Shown: positions 41,991-57,162 of the stretch, piece by piece | Layout: the number at the start of each line of letters is the position of its first letter | Numbering within the stretch: position 1 is the first letter of the stretch | The notes under the pieces: model-generated | Seen by the model: the letters and a program-made list of their open reading frames with translations, nothing else | What the model was told of the DNA's origin: nothing | Database searches by the model: none | Source: Eledone cirrhosa | Lineage: Eukaryota | Assembly: GCA_964016885.1 (NCBI GenBank) | Contig: OZ024746.1 | Coordinates: 15,686,001 to 15,750,000 of the forward strand | Direction: 5' to 3' | Length of the DNA: 64,000 nt | Made by a program: the position numbers and the translations under genes

Positions 41991-41992
41991 TA

Positions 41993-42074
<82 letters not shown>

Positions 42075-42075
42075 C

Positions 42076-42107
<32 letters not shown>

Positions 42108-43019
42108 GGAGAGAGAAAGAGTCTGTATATACAGTGAATATCTATATTATTTGATACCTACACAGGCTGTCTTTCCTCATACCATCTCTCTCTCCTCCTT
42201 CTCTCCTCCTTCTCTCCTCTCCCCCTCACTCCGCCCAACCCACCTGACACTTCAATTTATTAAATATATTTATGTTGTCAACATCAACACTTGGTCTTTC
42301 TTATCTAGTCAACATCTTCTAGCAACATCTAACAACTTGATAAAACACAATTTAGTCATTTAAACGGCGGTGGACCTTCAACACACACACACACTCACAC
42401 ACACATTCACACACACATACACACATACATAATACAGACACATTCACACACACTTGCACACATACACACATACATAATACATACACATTCACACACACTT
42501 GCACACATACACAGATACATAATACATACACATTCACACATACTTGCACACACATATACACATACATAATACAGACACATACTCACACACATACACAGAC
42601 ACACACACACACATACATAATACAGACACATACTCACTCACACACACACACACATACACACATACATACATAATACAGACACATACTCACACACATACAC
42701 ACATACATACATAAAACAGACACATACTCACACACATACACACACACACACTCACACATACATACACATACACACTCACAGACACTTGCACACACACACA
42801 TACATAATACAGACACATACTCACACACATACACTCACACACACTCACACACATTTGTGCATATATATTTGTGCATGTATATATATCTCTATATATATAT
42901 AGATAGATATACATGTAAGTATATGTTTACACACATACATGTAATGTTATAGACATATGTGTCTGTATACATACATGTGTGTGTATGTTATATATGTATG
43001 CATGTGTATATATATATGC

Positions 43020-43061
<42 letters not shown>

Positions 43062-43174
43062 ATATGTTATATATATATTTTACAAAATTTCATACCTTTC
43101 TACACTTAATCTTATCAGTTATGTTACTTATTTTATTTGATATAATGTATATATGTGTGTGTCTATGTGTGTGT

Positions 43175-43755
43175 GTGTATGTGTTTGTATGTGATTGTGC
43201 ATGTATGTGTGTATCTGTATGCATGTGAAGGTGTATGTGTGTGTGTTTGAGTTTATGTGGGTGTATGTATTTGTATATATATATGTATGTGATTGTATGG
43301 ATATGTATGTGGTATGAATGTATGTGTTTGTATGTGATTGTGTATGTATGAGTGCATCTGTATGCATGTGAAGGTGTATGTGTGTGTGTTTGAGTTTATG
43401 TGGGTGTATGTATTTGTATATATATATGTATGTGATTGTATGGATATGTATGTGGTATGAATGTATGTGTTTGTATGTGATTGTGTATGTATGAGTGCAT
43501 CTGTATGCATGTGAAGGTGTATGTGTGTGTGTTTGAGTTTATGTGGGTGTATGTATTTGTATATATATATGTATGTGATTGTATGGATATGTATGTGGTA
43601 TGAATGTATGTGTTTGTATGTGATTGTGTATGTATGAGTGCATCTGTATGCATGTGAAGGTGTATGTGTGTGTGTTTGAGTTTATGTGGGTGTATGTATT
43701 TGTATATATATATGTATGTGATTGTGTGTATATGTATGTGGTATGAATGTATGCA
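43175..43755. repeat. 143-bp tandem repeat of TG-rich sequence (~4 copies)
   Basis: GCATGTGAAGGTGTATG recurs every 143 bp. Confidence 0.85.
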
Positions 43756-44356
43756 TTTGTGTGTATGTGTATGTATGAATTTGTATGTGTATATCTGTGT
43801 GTGTGTATTTGTAAGTGTGTATTTGTGTGTATGTGCATGTATATCTGTGCATCTTTGTGTGTTTATGCATGTATTTGTGTATGATGATTGTGTGTATACA
43901 TCATCATCATCACCATCATCATCATCGTCATTGTCATCAACATCTGTCCACTTGTCCATTCTGACATGTGTCTAGTGGGTTGTCAAGGCCTGACTCAGTT
44001 CTTATTCACAGTTACTTCCCTACAAGATGTTGGAGCCCACATCTCATTAGCTGCCCCCCCCCCCCCCATTACAAGAAGGAGGTGGTGTTGGGGGACATGG
44101 TCACTCGATGTCACTGCCTTTCCCATTAGCCTCCCCCATCCTCATCACTTACTTTTCAATTTTGCACACTCAGATTTATTTAAAATAGATTTTATTTAAA
44201 AAAGTACCCCGAAATATGTTCCTTGTGAGAGAGTTCTCCACCCAAGACATTCAAAAGTAACCCCCCCCCCCCCCAGCTCCACTCCTCCCCCAATCCCCTC
44301 CCAACCCAACGCCAAAGTCAGGAGGTAGACCTGTCATTAATTCATTATAGTTTTGT

Positions 44357-44543
44357 TGGTGGATTGGCAGTATCAATAGAGAGTCGGACGCCATGCTTTC
44401 CAGCATAGTTACGTCCCTTTACGATCTGAGTTCAAATCCCGCTGAGGTTGACTTTGCCTTTAATCGTTACGGGGTCGATAAAATAAAGTACCAGTAATAC
44501 ACTGGGATAATTGCTGGCCTTGTGCCAAAAGCAGAAACAATTA
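44357..44543 (+). mobile_element. Full-length SINE with TSD
   Basis: Matches the 8562 SINE. ATTATAGTTTTGT at 44344 and 44540. Confidence 0.87.
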
Positions 44544-44839
44544 TAGTTTTGTCATGGGCTTCTATGGATTGGTTGCCCTTTTTATCACCAACTTGACAGA
44601 GTGTACTGGGTGTATCATGACACCAGCTCTAGAGAAACTGTTGTGCCCCAGGCAAGACTTAAGAGCTCTCTTTACCCTATGTTTACTTCATTCACTGGCA
44701 ACAGAGGGTTGTCTTCTTTGTTTCTTTGTTCCTCTCTGTTCCCCACTACTTGATAGCAAGGGAGCCATAACATGGTGGTAATGGAAAATAGAGTGATGGT
44801 ATGATATATCGATCTATCTATCCATCTGCCTATCTATAC

Positions 44840-45043
44840 ATCTATTTATCTGTCTGTCTATCTATCTACGTACCGATCTATTTATCTGTCTGTCTATCTA
44901 TCTACGTACCTATCTATCTATCTGTCTGTCTATCTATCTACGTACCTATCTATCTATCTGTCTGTCTATCTATCTACGTACCTATCTATTTATCTGTCTG
45001 TCTATCTATCTACGTACCTATCTATCTATCTGTCTGTCTATCT
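44840..45043. repeat. 36-bp (TCTA/TCTG)-derived minisatellite
   Basis: CTACGTACC recurs every 36 bp. Confidence 0.85.
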
Positions 45044-45269
45044 CTGTTTGGCTCTCTAATAAATAAATAAATAAATAAATAAAGAAAGAAAGAAAGATAT
45101 CTCTATTTGACTCTCTCTCTCTCTCTCACTCGCTCTCTCTCTCTCTCTATATATATATATATTTGGTGGGCAGGGGGGTAGTTTTTCTTTTAAACATGTA
45201 TTGAAAACAGGGCTGTGTTCTAATTCTATACATATATATGTCTGTGTGTGTGTCTATGTGTGTGCGTAT

Positions 45270-45314
<45 letters not shown>

Positions 45315-45326
45315 CATACATACATA

Positions 45327-45509
<183 letters not shown>

Positions 45510-46457
45510 GTATGTATGTGTGTATGTATGATTGTTCAATAAATTATTTAAAACTCAATTGATTACGTTGCACCATAAATTTCCCATAATCAACAGATCT
45601 ATCTTAGATAATATTTTCTCTTCTTCTTTCTCCATTGTTTCCTGTAAATTTATCTGGAACCATTTCTGAAGAACAATAGTTTTTTAGCCAGTTAGAAGAT
45701 AGGTATGTTGTAACTGTGATGAGAAGAGGTGAAACTGCTAGCAGAGCCTGGTAATGGTAGCTAACAACTTGATAATGGTACTAACAACTTGATAATGGTA
45801 GCTAACATCAATTTTTTTCACCAGCTAGAAGATAGGTTTGTTGTAACTGTGAGAAGATGAGGTGAACTGCTAGGAGAGTCTAATAATGGTAGCTCACAAC
45901 CTGGTAATGGTAACTCACAACCTGGTATTGATAGCTCACAACCTGGGAGTGGTAGCTAACAACTTGATAATGGTAGCTAACAATAATTCTTTTAATCAGT
46001 TAGAAGATAAGTATATTGTAACTGTGATGACCAGAAGTGAACTGCAAGGAGATTCTGGTAATGGTGGCTAACAACTTGATAATTGTGGTTAACAATAGTT
46101 TTTTAACCGTTTAGAAGATAGATATGTTGTAACTGTGATGAGATGAGGTGAACTGCTGGGAGAGCTTGATAATGGTAGCTAACAACTTGATAATGGTAGC
46201 TAACATGTGTTTGTCAAAGTTAGTGTTGTTGATGTTGTTGATGTTGTGGTTATTAGATGATGTTGTATTTTGTTGTTGTTATTGTTGTTGTGTTTTTGAT
46301 GTAGTTGTAGTTGTTGTTGTTGTCGTCAGTGTTGTTATTAGTGTTGTCATTGTTTTACCTTCATACACTATCTCATGCAGAATCTCCCAGAGAATTAAGT
46401 TAAGTATAAACTTTCAGAGGAATGTTGAGTCACTTACATATCAATTTCACAAACATA

Positions 46458-46741
46458 AGACACTGCAAAGACTGAGACACTGTGAAGACTGAGACACTGT
46501 GAAGACTGAGACACTGTGAAGACTGAGACACTGTGAAGACTGAGACACTGTGAAGACTGAGACACTGTGAAGACTGAGACACTGTGAAGACTGAGACACT
46601 GTAAAGACTGAGACACTGTGAAGACTGAGACACTGTGAAGACTGAGACACTGTAAAGACTGAGACACTGTAAAGACTGAGACACTGTAAAGACTGAGACA
46701 CTGTAAAGACTGAAACACTGTAAAGACTGAGACACTGCAAA
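46458..46741. repeat. 17-bp minisatellite
   Basis: Unit GACTGAGACACTGTRAA. Confidence 0.95.
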
Positions 46742-46769
46742 GTGTCTTTGGAATAATGTTACTTGATAA

Positions 46770-47069
46770 AGTACATAGCTCGAAGGTTAGAGAGTCACTC
46801 CAGGTAGAGCCCTACTTCTTCGAATTGAGAGATAACAGCTCTGATACTATGGGCATGTGGTTAGAATCTCTCAGGAAAGAATCACTGGACAGATATTATG
46901 GGCAAAACTAACTGGAAGGAGACCCAGTGGTAGACCCCAAGCAGGATGATTGGATAACATCCATGAGCTCGGCTGGTTTGGAAATTGTTGCTTCTGACAG
47001 GACTCACTGGAAGGTGTGCTTGAGGACTCTGTCCCCATGACCCTCAGCAAGAAGAAGAAGAAGAAGAAG
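46770..47069 (+). mobile_element. Old LINE (RTE-like) 3' end with (AAG)n tail
   Basis: YYGHVVR and GRRPSGRP-like remnants followed by (AAG)n. Confidence 0.55.
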
Positions 47070-47644
47070 GCTGTACCAGGGATGGAACCTCCTTCTCCTC
47101 CTCCTCCTAAACCTATTCTATCACCTGTTCATCTCAGACAAGCATAAGGAGCCTCTTACCAGAGAAATAGCTGCAATCTCATGAGTTTCATTATCCCCAA
47201 CACTGTAGTAGGATTCAGATCAACTGTCACATACTAACTGGGTATATTTTGTTCACCCACATTGTGGTCACCAGTGGACAGTGGTCAGAGTGCAATATCA
47301 TCCTCATCATCATCATCATCGTTTAACATCCATTTTCCACACTGGGTCCACATTATTACACTACATTCAATATGATTCATCACTGCATGTGTATTGCTGT
47401 CATAAATCCTGTTGAGACTCAATGCATCTGTCAGCCCCAGCTCATTATTATAACAGTCATACATTTTATCTAGACTCAATACATCTGTAGATCACAGCTC
47501 ATTATAATTATTACAGTTCAGAATCATGTCCAGACTCAACACATCTGTAAGTCATATCTTATTATTATTATTAACGTCATGAATTATGTCCAGACTAGGT
47601 ACATCTGTAGGTCATAGCTCATTATAATTATTACATGCTCATCC

Positions 47645-47748
47645 TGGCGAGGTTAACTTTGCCTTTTAGCCTTATGGAGTCAATAAAATAAAGTACCGAT
47701 AATGCACTGGGGTAATTGCTGGCCTTGTGCCAAAAGTAGAAACAATTA
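47645..47748 (+). mobile_element. 5'-truncated SINE
   Basis: Core and tail of the 8562 SINE family. Confidence 0.8.
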
Positions 47749-48699
47749 TAATTATTACAGTTAAGAATTATTTCTAGACTCAATACATCTGTTGTCATAG
47801 CCCATCGTTCAGCTGGTCTGTTTAATCAAGACTGATCTGGAGATATACAACAACAATAATAGTTACTACAACTAACAGTGAAGCTATCCAAATAAGATTC
47901 CTGCTAGAAACAGCAGCCAAATCCCTCTCTAATTTCACATTTCTATATTAATATAACACTACATTAGATAATGTAACTTTAGGAACAATATATCAGCATA
48001 AATGATAGGATGATCATGGCTGAAATATGTTTGATCATAGGACTGTTCAATCAGGGTGATACAACAAGAGAACTGCTACATGGCTGATCCAGAGACTAGA
48101 AATAACAGCCAGATATTTTCAAATCATTCTCCACCATCTTAAAAATGGAAGGATGCGTTGGATTGTGTAGACTTAGATAAATAAGATGGGGTGGTCATGG
48201 CTGAAATGACTTTGTTCATAGATCTGATCAGAGATAAGTTAGGTTTAATAAACAACAATATAATAACCATACCTAATTCACTCAGGATGGTGGGGTGGCT
48301 AGATAGAAACACCTGGCTATGTGTTAGAGGCCCTGAACCTACCTCCCTACCATCACCACAACCACGAACATCACCGTTGTCACCACCAATACCACCACCA
48401 ATACCACCACCAACACCCCCACTGCCACCATCAACACCATGACCACCACCACTGTGACCATCAATACCCCACCATCAACACCGCTACTACACCATTACCA
48501 ACAGCACCACCACCACCCCCAACACCGCTACTGTTACTACCACCACCACCACTGTCACCACTATCACCTACAACAATAACAACAATAACAACAACAGCAA
48601 CGACAACAAAATATATTAAATGAAAAATAATCATAAAGTACAAAATTATGGAAGGAAGATAAATGAGCAAATTAATTAAAAATGATAATTAGTGTGTTA

Positions 48700-49733
48700 G
48701 TTATAATTATAGCCATCATCACTATCACCATCACTAATATTGTTACCACCACCACCACCATCACCACCACAACTATCATCACCATCACCAACATTACTAC
48801 CAGCACCACTACCGCTATCATCACTATCAACATCACTAATATTGTTACCATCACCACCACCACCACCACAATTATCATCACCATCACCAACATTAACACT
48901 ACTACCACTACTACCACTACCATCACCACCACCACCACCACCATCACAACTATCATCACCATCACCAACATTAACACTACTACCACTACCATCACCACCA
49001 CCACCACCACCACCACAACTATCATCACCATCACCAACATTAACACTACTACCACTACTACCACTACTACCACTACCATCACCACCACCACCACCACCAC
49101 CACCACCACCACCACCACCACCACCACAACTATCATCACCATCACCAACATTAACACTACTACCACTACTACCACTACTACCACTACCATCACCACCACC
49201 ACCACCACCACCACCACCACCACCACAACTATCATCACCATCACCAACATTAACACTACTACCACTACTACCACTACTACCACCACCACCACCACCACCA
49301 CCACCACCACCACCACCACAACTATCATCACCATCACCAACATTAACACTACTACCACTACCACCACCACCACCACCACCACCACCACCACCACCACCAC
49401 CACCACCACCACCACCACCACAACTATCATCACCATCACCAACATTAACACTACTACCACTACTACCACCACCACCACCACCACCACCACCACCACCACC
49501 ACCACCACCACCACAACTATCATCACCATCACCAACATTAACACTACTACCACCACTACCACTACTACCACTACCATCACCACCACCACCAGAACTATCA
49601 TCACCATCACCAACATTAACACTACTACCACCACCACCACCACCACCAACACCACTAATGTGACCATTACCATAACCACCACAACTATCATCATCATCTC
49701 TAACATTGCCACCACCACCACCACCACCACCAA
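48700..49733. repeat. (ACC)n-based VNTR with a fixed anchor
   Basis: ACAACTATCATCACCATCACCAACATTAACACTACT separated by variable (ACC)n. Confidence 0.92.
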
Positions 49734-49973
49734 CAGTGCACCTTTTTATAGTTTTACACCCACACATGTACACACATAAACACACATATATATGAATATA
49801 GACATATACACATATACACACACACATATGCACGTATACATGCATATATATACGCACACATATATACACATACATATATATACACACATTTGTTCTGTCC
49901 ATTTTTTTATCTTATTTCAAACATGTAAATGTACTGTTTATCACATAAATTATATCAATAATATAAACTAGTT

Positions 49974-51240
<1,267 letters not shown>

Positions 51241-51596
51241 ATTCAGCAGGATAGAGAGAGAAGAGAGAGATAAACAGAGAGACAGACAGACAGACAGCTG
51301 ATGAGGGGAAGGGATGGAAAATTAAAATGAAAACTGGTGTGGGGTGGGGAGGAGAAAGTAAAGATGAATGAGAGGAGAGGTTAGAGATATGGAGGAAGAA
51401 ATGGAGAGAATAAAATACATTTGCCAGAGAGAGAGAGGGTGGGAGAGGGAGTGTATGTGTGTGTTAAGTGAGAGAGAGAGAGAGAGTGAGGTGTGTTTGT
51501 GTGTATGTGTATGTGTGTGTTAAATGAGAGAGAGAGGGAGAAAGTGAGTGTGTGAATGTGTGTTGTGTGAGTTAAGTGAGAGAGTGTGTGTGTGTG

Positions 51597-51643
<47 letters not shown>

Positions 51644-51829
51644 AGTAAGAGAGAATGTGTATAACAATGTGTGTGTGTGTGTGTGAGTTAAGTGAGAGGG
51701 AGAGAAAGAGAGAAAGAGAAAGTGAATGTGTGTGTGTATGTATTTGTGTGAGTTAAGTGAGAGAGGTTAAAGTGTGTAGGTGATGGTTCAAGTGTAAAAA
51801 ATAGATCTTGCAGTAACCATGACAAGTTG

Positions 51830-52470
51830 ACAACTTTCACACAAACTCTCTCACCAGATGAAGTATTAACTTAACAGACAAGACATCTTTCATATCTGTA
51901 GATCATCATGCCTGTTGTTCTTACTAGGAAGGGCACTCACCACTCTAGTTCAAGCGTGTCTCTTACAATGAGTGGCCCTCACCACTCCAGTTTTAGTGGA
52001 AGTCTTCACTCAATTACAGACTCTCACCAGATGAAATAGTCACATAAAAGACAAACATCTTTTATGTCTGTAGTTCATCATATCTGTTGTTCTTATAAGT
52101 GGCACTCAACCCTCTAGTTCAAGTGTGAGTCTTTACTCAGCTACAGACTTTCACCAGATGAAGTAATCACTTAACAGACAAGACATATTTTATGTCTGTA
52201 GTTCATCATGTCTGTTGTTCTTACAATGAGTGGCACTCACCACTCTAGTTCAAGTGTGAGCTTTCACTCAATTAGAGACTCCCACCAGATGAAATAATCA
52301 CTTAACAGACAGACATCGTTTATGTCTGTTGATCATGATGTTTGTTATTCTTACAATGAATGACACTCACCACTCTAGTTCAAGTGTGAGTCTTCACTCA
52401 ATTACAAACTTTCACCAGATGTAGTATTGACTGAACAAATTGACATCTTTCATGTCTGTAGCTCATCACT
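51830..52470. repeat. Diverged ~130-bp tandem repeat (5 copies)
   Basis: CACCAGATG and CTCTAGTTCAAG recur at ~126-174 bp spacing. Confidence 0.85.
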
Positions 52471-52859
52471 AAATATGAGATAAGTGTTCTAATATGTGAA
52501 TATACTAAACTACTATAAACATAGTCTATTAACTATAGCTGTTTCACTGTTTCACTATATACAATTAATTTTTAGGTTTGGTTTAAATTAAAATTAGCAC
52601 CTATACAGGAAGTGTTCCACCAATCAAATTTTCCACATAATCTAACATGTTTAGGCTGTTGTTTTCCTGGATTAATTTTCTCATAATTGACTAGTAGGTA
52701 CATCTAGATCTGTTGGTAAAATAATAAAAAGAGGAACCTTTGTATTAATTTTGATTGCTCCACCCCAGAGTTTACTTGTTTGTATATGTTGGTCCTTCAA
52801 TTATGCATAGAGATAAAGGGTCAGGAAGACATTTCAGTTGTGCCATAGACATGACAGCC

Positions 52860-53177
52860 TGCCTAGTGTTCGTGTCCTACACAATAAATACACCCAGTAC
52901 ACTCTGTAAAATGGTTGTTGATAGGAAGGGCATCTAACCATAGAAAACCTGCCAAACAAAGGAGAGTCAGTAGATCTCTTCAGCTGTGTCAAAGATATGA
53001 CAACTTCCCTGGAGTTGGTGCCATAATAAAATGCACTCATGGGAATGTATGTCATGTCTCTAGCCCACTTGGAGCTAGGTGGTGCCATTCAAATACTGAC
53101 TTTGTCTGTGATGACCCATCAAACCCTTGCTAACAGGGAAAATGGATGCTAAACAATGATGATGATGATGATGACGA
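52860..53177 (+). mobile_element. Old RTE 3' UTR or RTE-tailed SINE remnant
   Basis: CACCCAGTACACTCTGTAAA..AGGAAGGGCATC..AAACCC.TGCTA.CA.GGAA..GGA..(GAT)n. Confidence 0.65.
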
Positions 53178-53881
53178 TCCATAAAAAATATTTATAATTT
53201 GATAAAATTGCTAGTTTTCTAAATTAGAGCCCTTTTATAAGATATATCAGAGGTTCCATACTATCTTTGTCTGGCCTTGAATGATGGTTTACCTTGTACA
53301 GGATCTAATAACAGTCTCTCATTGTAAAATGTTTAATACTTAGCTTTATGTGGTTGTTGTTAATCCCATTATACCTTTCACATTGTGAGCTACCCAGGGG
53401 ATTATACGGGGTAATAGGAGCTCCCTAGGGGATTATATAGAGTAATACAGCATATAGAAATCCCATAACTAACTATTTAGGTATTGTTTCAACATGTAGA
53501 CATGGAGGTAACTCCTTGGCCTAAAAGAATAAATGATAGCATTCCTCGAAAACAGAGATGAGTTTGGCAGTTTCTAGCAGTTGAAGTACTTGTATGATGA
53601 CAGGAATAGACAAATGGTAAACCAAAAAATGATGTTGGTTGTAGTAAATTATAGATTAAAATTACTAAAAGGAGAAAAAAGAGGTCTTTAAAATCAATTG
53701 ATAAATGTCTATATGGAATGGTAGATTTTATTAGAGAAGCATCTTTCAGATGATAAAAGTTTAGTTTAATTTTATTACATACATAGCGGTTAGTACAGAC
53801 TCACTATACATAGCAACTGGTGTGAACTGACAGCACTTCTTTAACAGAAAACAGTAGCCTATGTAGTTTTATAATTTCATT

Positions 53882-56800
53882 ACATAGCAACTGGTTCACA
53901 CTTACTGTAGATATATAGTTAGCAACTGGTTCACACTTACTGTAGATATATAGATAGCAACTGGTTCACACTTACTGTAGATATATAGATAGCAACTGGT
54001 TCACACTTACTGTACATATATAAATAGCAACTGGTTCACACTTACTGTAGATATATAGATAGCAACTGGTTCACACTTACTGTAGATATATAGATAGCAA
54101 CTGGTTCACACTTACTGTAGATATATAGATAGCAACTGGTTCACACTTACTGTACATATATAAATAGCAACTGGTTCACACTTACTGTACATATATAAAT
54201 AGCAACTGGTTCACACTTACTGTACATATATAGATAGCAACTGGTTCACACTTACTGTAGATATATAGATAGCAACTGGTTCACACTTACTGTACATATA
54301 TAAATAGCAACTGGTTCACACTTACTGTAGATATATAGATAGCAACTGGTTCACACTTACTGTAGATATATAGATAGCAACTGGTTCACACTTACTGTAG
54401 ATATATAGTTAGCAACTGGTTCACACTCACTGTACATATATAGATAGCAGCTAGTACACACTCACTATATATAGAGAGAGATAGCAACTAGTACAGTCTC
54501 ACTGTATATATAGATAGCAACTAGTACATAGCAACTGGTTCACACCCACTGTATATGTAGAAAGATAGCAACTGGTACAGACTTACTGTATATATATAGG
54601 TAGCAACTGGTACAGACTTACTGTATATATATATATAGATAGCAACTGGTACAGACTTACTGTATATATATAGGTAGCAACTAGTACAGACTTACTGTAT
54701 ATATATATAGATAGCAACTAGTACAGACTTACTGTATATATATAGGTAGCAACTAGTACAGACTTACTGTATATATATATAGATAGCAACTGGTACAGAC
54801 TTACTGTATATATATATAGATAGCAATTGGTACAGACTTACTGTACATATATATAGATAGCAACTGGTACAGACTTACTGTACATATATATAGGTAGCAA
54901 CTAGTACAGACTTACTGTATATATATATAGATAGCAACTGGTACAGACTTACTGTATATATATATAGATAGCAACTGGTACAGACTTACTGTATATATAT
55001 ATATAGATAGCAACTAATACAGACTTACTGTATATATATATAGATAGCAACTGGTACAGACTTACTGTATATATATATAGATAGCAACTGGTACAGACTT
55101 ACTGTATATATATATATAGATAGCAACTAGTACAGACTTACTGTACATATATATAGATAGCAACTGGTACAGACTTACTGTATATATATATAGATAGCAA
55201 CTAGTAAAGACTTACTGTATATATATATAGATAGCAACTGGTACAGACTTACTGTATATATATATATATAGCAACTGGTACAGACTTACTGTATATATAT
55301 ATATATAGCAACTGGTACAGACTTACTGTATATATATATATAGATAGCAACTGGTACAGACTTACTGTATATATATATAGATAGCAACTAGTACAGACTT
55401 ACTGTACATATATATATATATAGATAGCAACTGGTACAGACTTACTGTATATATATATATAGATAGCAACTGGTACAGACTTACTGTATATATATATATA
55501 GATAGCAACTGGTACAGACTTACTGTATATATATATATAGATAGCAACTGGTACAGACTTACTGTATATATATATATAGATAGCAACTGGTACAGACTTA
55601 CTGTACATATATATAGATAGCAACTGGTACAGACTTACTGTATATATATATATAGATAGCAACTGGTACAGACTTACTGTATATATATATATAGATAGCA
55701 ACTGGTACAGACTTACTGTACATATATATAGATAGCAACTGGTACAGACTTACTGTATATATATATATAGATAGCAACTGGTACAGACTTACTGTACATA
55801 TATATAGATAGCAACTGGTACAGACTTACTGTATATATATATATAGATAGCAACTGGTACAGACTTACTGTATATATATATATATAGCAACTAGTACAGA
55901 CTTACTGTATATATATAGATAGCAACTGGTACAGACTTACTGTATATATATATAGATAGCAACTAGTACAGACTTACTGTATATATATATATAGATAGGG
56001 ACTAGTACAGACTTACTGTACATATATATAGATAGCAACTGGTACAGACTTACTGTACATATATATATAGATAGCAACTGGTACAGACTTACTGTACATA
56101 TATATATAGATAGCAACTGGTACAGACTTACTGTACATATATATATAGATAGCGACTAGTACAGACTTACTGTATATATATATAGATAGCAACTGGTACA
56201 GACTTACTGTACATATATATAGATAGCAACTGGTACAGACTTACTGTATATATATATATAGATAGCAACTGGTACAGACTTACTGTACATATATATAGAT
56301 AGCAACTGGTACAGACTTACTGTATATATATATAGATAGCAACTAGTACAGACTTACTGTATATATATATAGATAGCAACTGGTACAGACTTACTGTATA
56401 TATATATAGATAGCAACTAGTACAGACTTACTATACATATATATAGATAGCAACTAGTACAGACTTACTGTATATATATATATATAGATAGCAACTGGTA
56501 CAGACTTACTGTACATATATATATAGATAGCAACTGGTACAGACTTACTGTATATATATATATAGATAGCAACTGGTACAGACTTACTGTACATATATAT
56601 AGATAGCAACTGGTACAGACTTACTGTATATATATATATAGATAGCAACTGGTACAGACTTACTGTACATATATATATAGATAGCAACTAGTACAGACTT
56701 ACTGTACATATATATATATAGATAGCAACTGGTACAGACTTACTGTATATATATATATAGATAGCAACTGGTACAGACTTACTGTATATATATATATAGA

Positions 56801-57020
56801 TAGCAACTGGTACAGACTTACTGTACATATATATATAGATAGCAACTAGTACAGACTTACTGTACATATATATATAGATAGCAACTGGTACAGACTTACT
56901 GTATATATATATATAGATAGCAACTGGTACAGACTTACTGTATATATATATATATAGATAGCAACTGGTACAGACTTACTGTACATATATATAGATAGCA
57001 ACTGGTACAGACTTACTATA
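53882..57020. repeat. 35-41-bp minisatellite in two sub-arrays
   Basis: ATAGCAACTGGTTCACACTTACTGTAGATATATAG (to ~54440), then ATAGCAACTGGTACAGACTTACTG(TA)nG. Confidence 0.95.
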
Positions 57021-57162
57021 GCAGCTACTATAGACGCACTGTATATATAGAGATAGCAACAGGTTCACACCCACTCTCCATACATAGATAGCAACTGTAC
57101 TTTTTCAACAGAAAACACAGTTAGCAACACATCTCAATGTTTTGCACAATAACACAGAATAT

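Noticed and set aside
48672-49902. Mucin-, extensin- or Gly-rich ORFs of 300-400 aa (also 9957-10913 and 17201-17641)
   Set aside because: (ACC)n repeats open in several frames on both strands, with no gene structure.
54550-57020. CRISPR-like constant repeat with variable spacers (also 48700-49733)
   Set aside because: The spacers are only (TA)n or (ACC)n length variants; no cas genes; eukaryotic context.
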